Positions 61,291 to 64,000 of a stretch of 64,000 nucleotides of DNA are shown here, in pieces. A program made the translations under genes and the position numbers. Origin of the DNA: Escherichia phage JEP8. Every line of letters starts with the position of its first letter. Positions within the stretch are counted from its first letter, which is position 1. The notes below the pieces were generated by a model. The model saw only the letters and a list, made by a program, of their open reading frames with translations. It made no database searches and had not been told where the DNA came from. Location of the stretch: sequence record MT764208.1; one strand, written 5' to 3'.

Positions 61291-62026
61291 CAAATTTCCA
61301 ATTTGGAAAGTCTGGACACATACAACGACGGCGAACGGTTCCGCGCTCGTTTCCTAGTACCTTAGATACTTCCGATACAGATTTATAGATCACACCATCA
61401 ACAGATACAGCCTTTCGGTCTTTTCTGTTTTGTTTCTTGCTCTTTTCTCGTCTGGCTTCGACATTCTCCGAATCATTCCATTGTCTCTTTGCTGTCTCGC
61501 GGGAAGATATTGTCTTTTGTTCTTTAACAATATCTTTAACAAGTTGTTCTTGTCCTGTTATCTTCGCCCACACATTAACAGACTGAATAGCATTAGCCTC
61601 ACTCATTCCCCAACGTTTACCGGATATATTCTTACGACGAACGCGTAGAAATTCGTTAAAGACTTCTTCGCATTGGTGCATATAATCACGAAAACCATAT
61701 TTCTTAGCCCATGCCTCTTTAATTGCACCAGACATATTTTCGGCAATACGTCTACGCACCCATGCATACTCCTTATTATTGCGACCGTGACTGGTCATAC
61801 ACATCATACGTGCAGCCATAATAAGACCAACATTCTTAGGATACATTTTAGCTAACAATAAGTGAGCGGTAAAGTGTTCCTCCGGTGTCAATGGAACGAG
61901 ATTTTCCTGTTCATCCGTGCCGCCCATACAACGTGGTTTAACGTGATGGATCTCTATGTATCCGGTCGGCTTCTCTCGGTTTCTTGCTCGTTCAATCAAT
62001 CTTTCGTAATGTGTTTTGTAGTTCAT
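61277..62026 (-). CDS. HNH homing-endonuclease-like protein (free-standing)
   Basis: YIEIHHVKPRCMGGTDEQENLVPLTPEEHFTAH HNH motif plus C-terminal DNA-binding-like module (SVDGVIYKSVSEVSKVLG); start ambiguous (ATG 62038 or 62026). Confidence 0.65.
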   Translation of the reverse strand: MNYKTHYERLIERARNREKPTGYIEIHHVKPRCMGGTDEQENLVPLTPEEHFTAHLLLAKMYPKNVGLIMAARMMCMTSHGRNNKEYAWVRRRIAENMSGAIKEAWAKKYGFRDYMHQCEEVFNEFLRVRRKNISGKRWGMSEANAIQSVNVWAKITGQEQLVKDIVKEQKTISSRETAKRQWNDSENVEARREKSKKQNRKDRKAVSVDGVIYKSVSEVSKVLGNERGTVRRRCMCPDFPNWKFVDIE

Positions 62027-62039
62027 GTGATCCTCCATA

Positions 62040-62064
62040 TGAAAAAGGGGCATAAAGCCCCTTA
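62040..62064 (-). terminator. intrinsic terminator after uvsX
   Basis: hairpin GGGGC-UUUAU-GCCCC followed by TTTTTC; overlaps the annotated start region of the HNH gene. Confidence 0.55.
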
Positions 62065-62077
62065 ACTGCCACTGATA

Positions 62078-63148
62078 TTATGCTAACATATCCTCGACTT
62101 CTTTGTCAACTGCTTCGTCGCTGATAACTTGACCTAACTGATAGTGATCGTTGATCGCTTTCTGGAAGTGTTCATTGGTCAGAAGTGGTTTCCAAAAATC
62201 AACACTATCCGTTTCTTTAGCGCGGAACTTGCGGTCTTCGGTTTCCATTTCTCCTGTTTCAGCATTCAGGATTGAGCGAGAATACCAACCATTCGACGGT
62301 TTAACAATCCAACCCAACTCGATAGCCAGTTCAAGCAATCCAGAGTAAGGATCAATGCCACCGCTAAAGGTTACGCTAATCGGGAACTTCGATTTTTCTT
62401 TAACGGTTCGTGATTTTTCCGCATTCAGGATAAAATCATAACCAGTAATTTCGGTTCCTTCTTTCTGCTGACGACGGCTAATAATGAATACTTCGTTTGC
62501 ACTGTACATACCACCAGTACCACCCGACATAATCTCTTTCGGATACAGAGACATTTCAGAGTAAGTATGGTTAATAGCGATGCACGGGATATCATTCATA
62601 GTCAGATAAGGTGTCATCATACGGAACAAGCCTTTAAGTGCTTTAGCTCGCGTCATATCCTGCGCTGATTTCTCATTAATCGCGTCTTCAACTTCTTTTT
62701 TGCTTGCCAAGTTACCGATTGAGTCGATAAAGATGATCACTTTATCTTCACGGGTAATTTGCTCAAGCTGGTTCATGATTTCAAATTTAAGTTCTTCGAT
62801 GTTCTTGATTGGAACATGCACCACGCGATCAGGATCTACACCCATAGATGACAGATAAGCGGACGTAATACCGAACTCAGAATCAAAGAACAAACACGCC
62901 GCATCAGGATTCTGTTTCATGTATGCACTAACACAAGTTAATCCCATGTTTGATTTAAAGTGCTTAGACGGACCAGCAAAGAAAATCAGACCAGATTGAA
63001 AGCCCTTTTTAAGATCACCTGAAAACGCAATATTCAGCATCGGGATCTTAGTGCGAGTATTTGTTTTTTCGTTAAAGAAGCTGGATTTAGACAGTACCGC
63101 AGTAGTTTTCAGGGTAGAGTTCTTTTTCAGTTTTTCCAGTACAGACAT
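62078..63148 (-). CDS. uvsX: UvsX recombinase (RecA-like)
   Basis: TKIPM.NIA.SG...G.QSGL...AGPSK.FKSN, FYDSEFGIT.AYL.SMGVDP.RV, IDS.GNLASKKE.EDA.NEK match T4 UvsX. Confidence 0.92.
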   Translation of the reverse strand: MSVLEKLKKNSTLKTTAVLSKSSFFNEKTNTRTKIPMLNIAFSGDLKKGFQSGLIFFAGPSKHFKSNMGLTCVSAYMKQNPDAACLFFDSEFGITSAYLSSMGVDPDRVVHVPIKNIEELKFEIMNQLEQITREDKVIIFIDSIGNLASKKEVEDAINEKSAQDMTRAKALKGLFRMMTPYLTMNDIPCIAINHTYSEMSLYPKEIMSGGTGGMYSANEVFIISRRQQKEGTEITGYDFILNAEKSRTVKEKSKFPISVTFSGGIDPYSGLLELAIELGWIVKPSNGWYSRSILNAETGEMETEDRKFRAKETDSVDFWKPLLTNEHFQKAINDHYQLGQVISDEAVDKEVEDMLA

Positions 63149-63159
63149 TATTAATACCT

Positions 63160-63387
63160 CTATTCAGTTAATCCGTAATACTTTAATTGCTTCATTGTTA
63201 TTCGATCTTTGTAGTGCTCTTGAATTAACTTTTTCATCGCATCAACATCGATCGTCACAAATACTTCGTTGCTGTGATTTCCGTGAACTTTCTTGAAATG
63301 CTCTATGCCTTCCTCACGTTCACGTTTAATCTTTTCAATGTCTCTCATAATATATTTCTCACATTGGCGGGTATCGTAACCCAACAC
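63160..63387 (-). CDS. hypothetical protein (75 aa)
   Basis: ORF upstream of uvsX. Confidence 0.45.
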   Translation of the reverse strand: MLGYDTRQCEKYIMRDIEKIKREREEGIEHFKKVHGNHSNEVFVTIDVDAMKKLIQEHYKDRITMKQLKYYGLTE

Positions 63388-63409
63388 CCGCCATTATACA
63401 CACTTTATC

Positions 63410-63979
63410 TTAAATGTCAAACAGGTCCGTAAGCGATGCCACCTTTTCATATTGCAGCTTTGCAGCCGTGGTAATGTTCTCCAGTGGTTTGACGAAAGTC
63501 TTATTAAACAACAAAGGCCAGTCTAACCACTTTAACACCTCGCTTTCAATCTCTGGAGGAATACGAGTACCGGACAACCAACCAAAACAGATTTCTCCAA
63601 ACGGATTTCGATCTTTCAGCGGTACAATCATAACCTTCTCGCCTTCACGAATCGGATCTAGTCCGAATTTTCGAGCATTACGATTATAACACAATACACT
63701 CTTAACCGCATACGGACAACCCTTAATCGGATACCCGTTTGAATCGCTGTATTTCTGTAGGTTGTTTGCAGATGATACCGCAGCAACATCAAGATAGTCA
63801 AGTTTTCTAAATTCTTGCTCAAAAATACCGTAGTATTCCTGCAATGACTCTTCACCTTCCTGCAACATACGGCGAATACATTCTTTCAGTGATTTCTGAC
63901 ATGCTTTCGGGGTGGAGCTACGTTGCGTTTCCAAGCCCATGATTTTTAGCTTAGGTTCAGCAAAGCGCGTTCCTTCCAT
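63410..63979 (-). CDS. hypothetical protein (189 aa; start near window end is uncertain)
   Basis: ORF at window edge; not similar to T4 beta-glucosyltransferase as recalled. Confidence 0.4.
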   Translation of the reverse strand: MEGTRFAEPKLKIMGLETQRSSTPKACQKSLKECIRRMLQEGEESLQEYYGIFEQEFRKLDYLDVAAVSSANNLQKYSDSNGYPIKGCPYAVKSVLCYNRNARKFGLDPIREGEKVMIVPLKDRNPFGEICFGWLSGTRIPPEIESEVLKWLDWPLLFNKTFVKPLENITTAAKLQYEKVASLTDLFDI

Positions 63980-64000
63980 ATCCCAAACATTAAGAGCATA

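Noticed and set aside
63410-63979. Beta-glucosyltransferase expected upstream of uvsX
   Set aside because: The 189-aa ORF does not match the T4 beta-gt sequence as recalled and the window ends here; left as hypothetical

Overview
This window is a contiguous ~64 kb stretch of a T4-like (Tevenvirinae-type) myovirus genome, collinear with the T4 map from gene 30 to uvsX. The backbone order is 30 (DNA ligase) - 31 - cd - pseT - 63 - denA - nrdB - nrdA - td - frd - 32 - 59 - 33 - dsbA - rnh on the minus strand, then the late tail-fibre operon 34-35-36-37 and holin t on the plus strand, then 52 - rIIB - rIIA - 39 - dexA - dda - 56 - 61 - 41 - 40 - uvsX on the minus strand. Calls rest on reading the supplied translations against remembered T4 proteins and motifs; no database search was run. 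Between the conserved genes lie hyperplastic accessory regions (1-5750, 13100-14400, 37746-42480) packed with small early ORFs, most preceded by a near-consensus sigma70 promoter (TTGACA-N17-TATAAT, often with a palindromic spacer) and a conserved GGAGAATC ribosome-binding site. The most notable departures from T4 are: gp37 carries a C-terminal intramolecular-chaperone domain and gp38 is absent; a 542-aa six-repeat zinc-ribbon protein sits between frd and 32; a CYTH-like protein sits between dsbA and rnh; a NADAR (YbiA-like) protein sits beside ligase; thymidylate synthase has a ~110-aa in-frame insertion; there is a secreted DUF1311/LprI-like protein; three free-standing HNH-family endonuclease genes are present; and asiA/motA are not recognisable between t and 52. 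No tRNA, rRNA or CRISPR array was seen. Several ORF-track starts were trimmed where the first codon is GTG/TTG or lies inside a promoter cassette.
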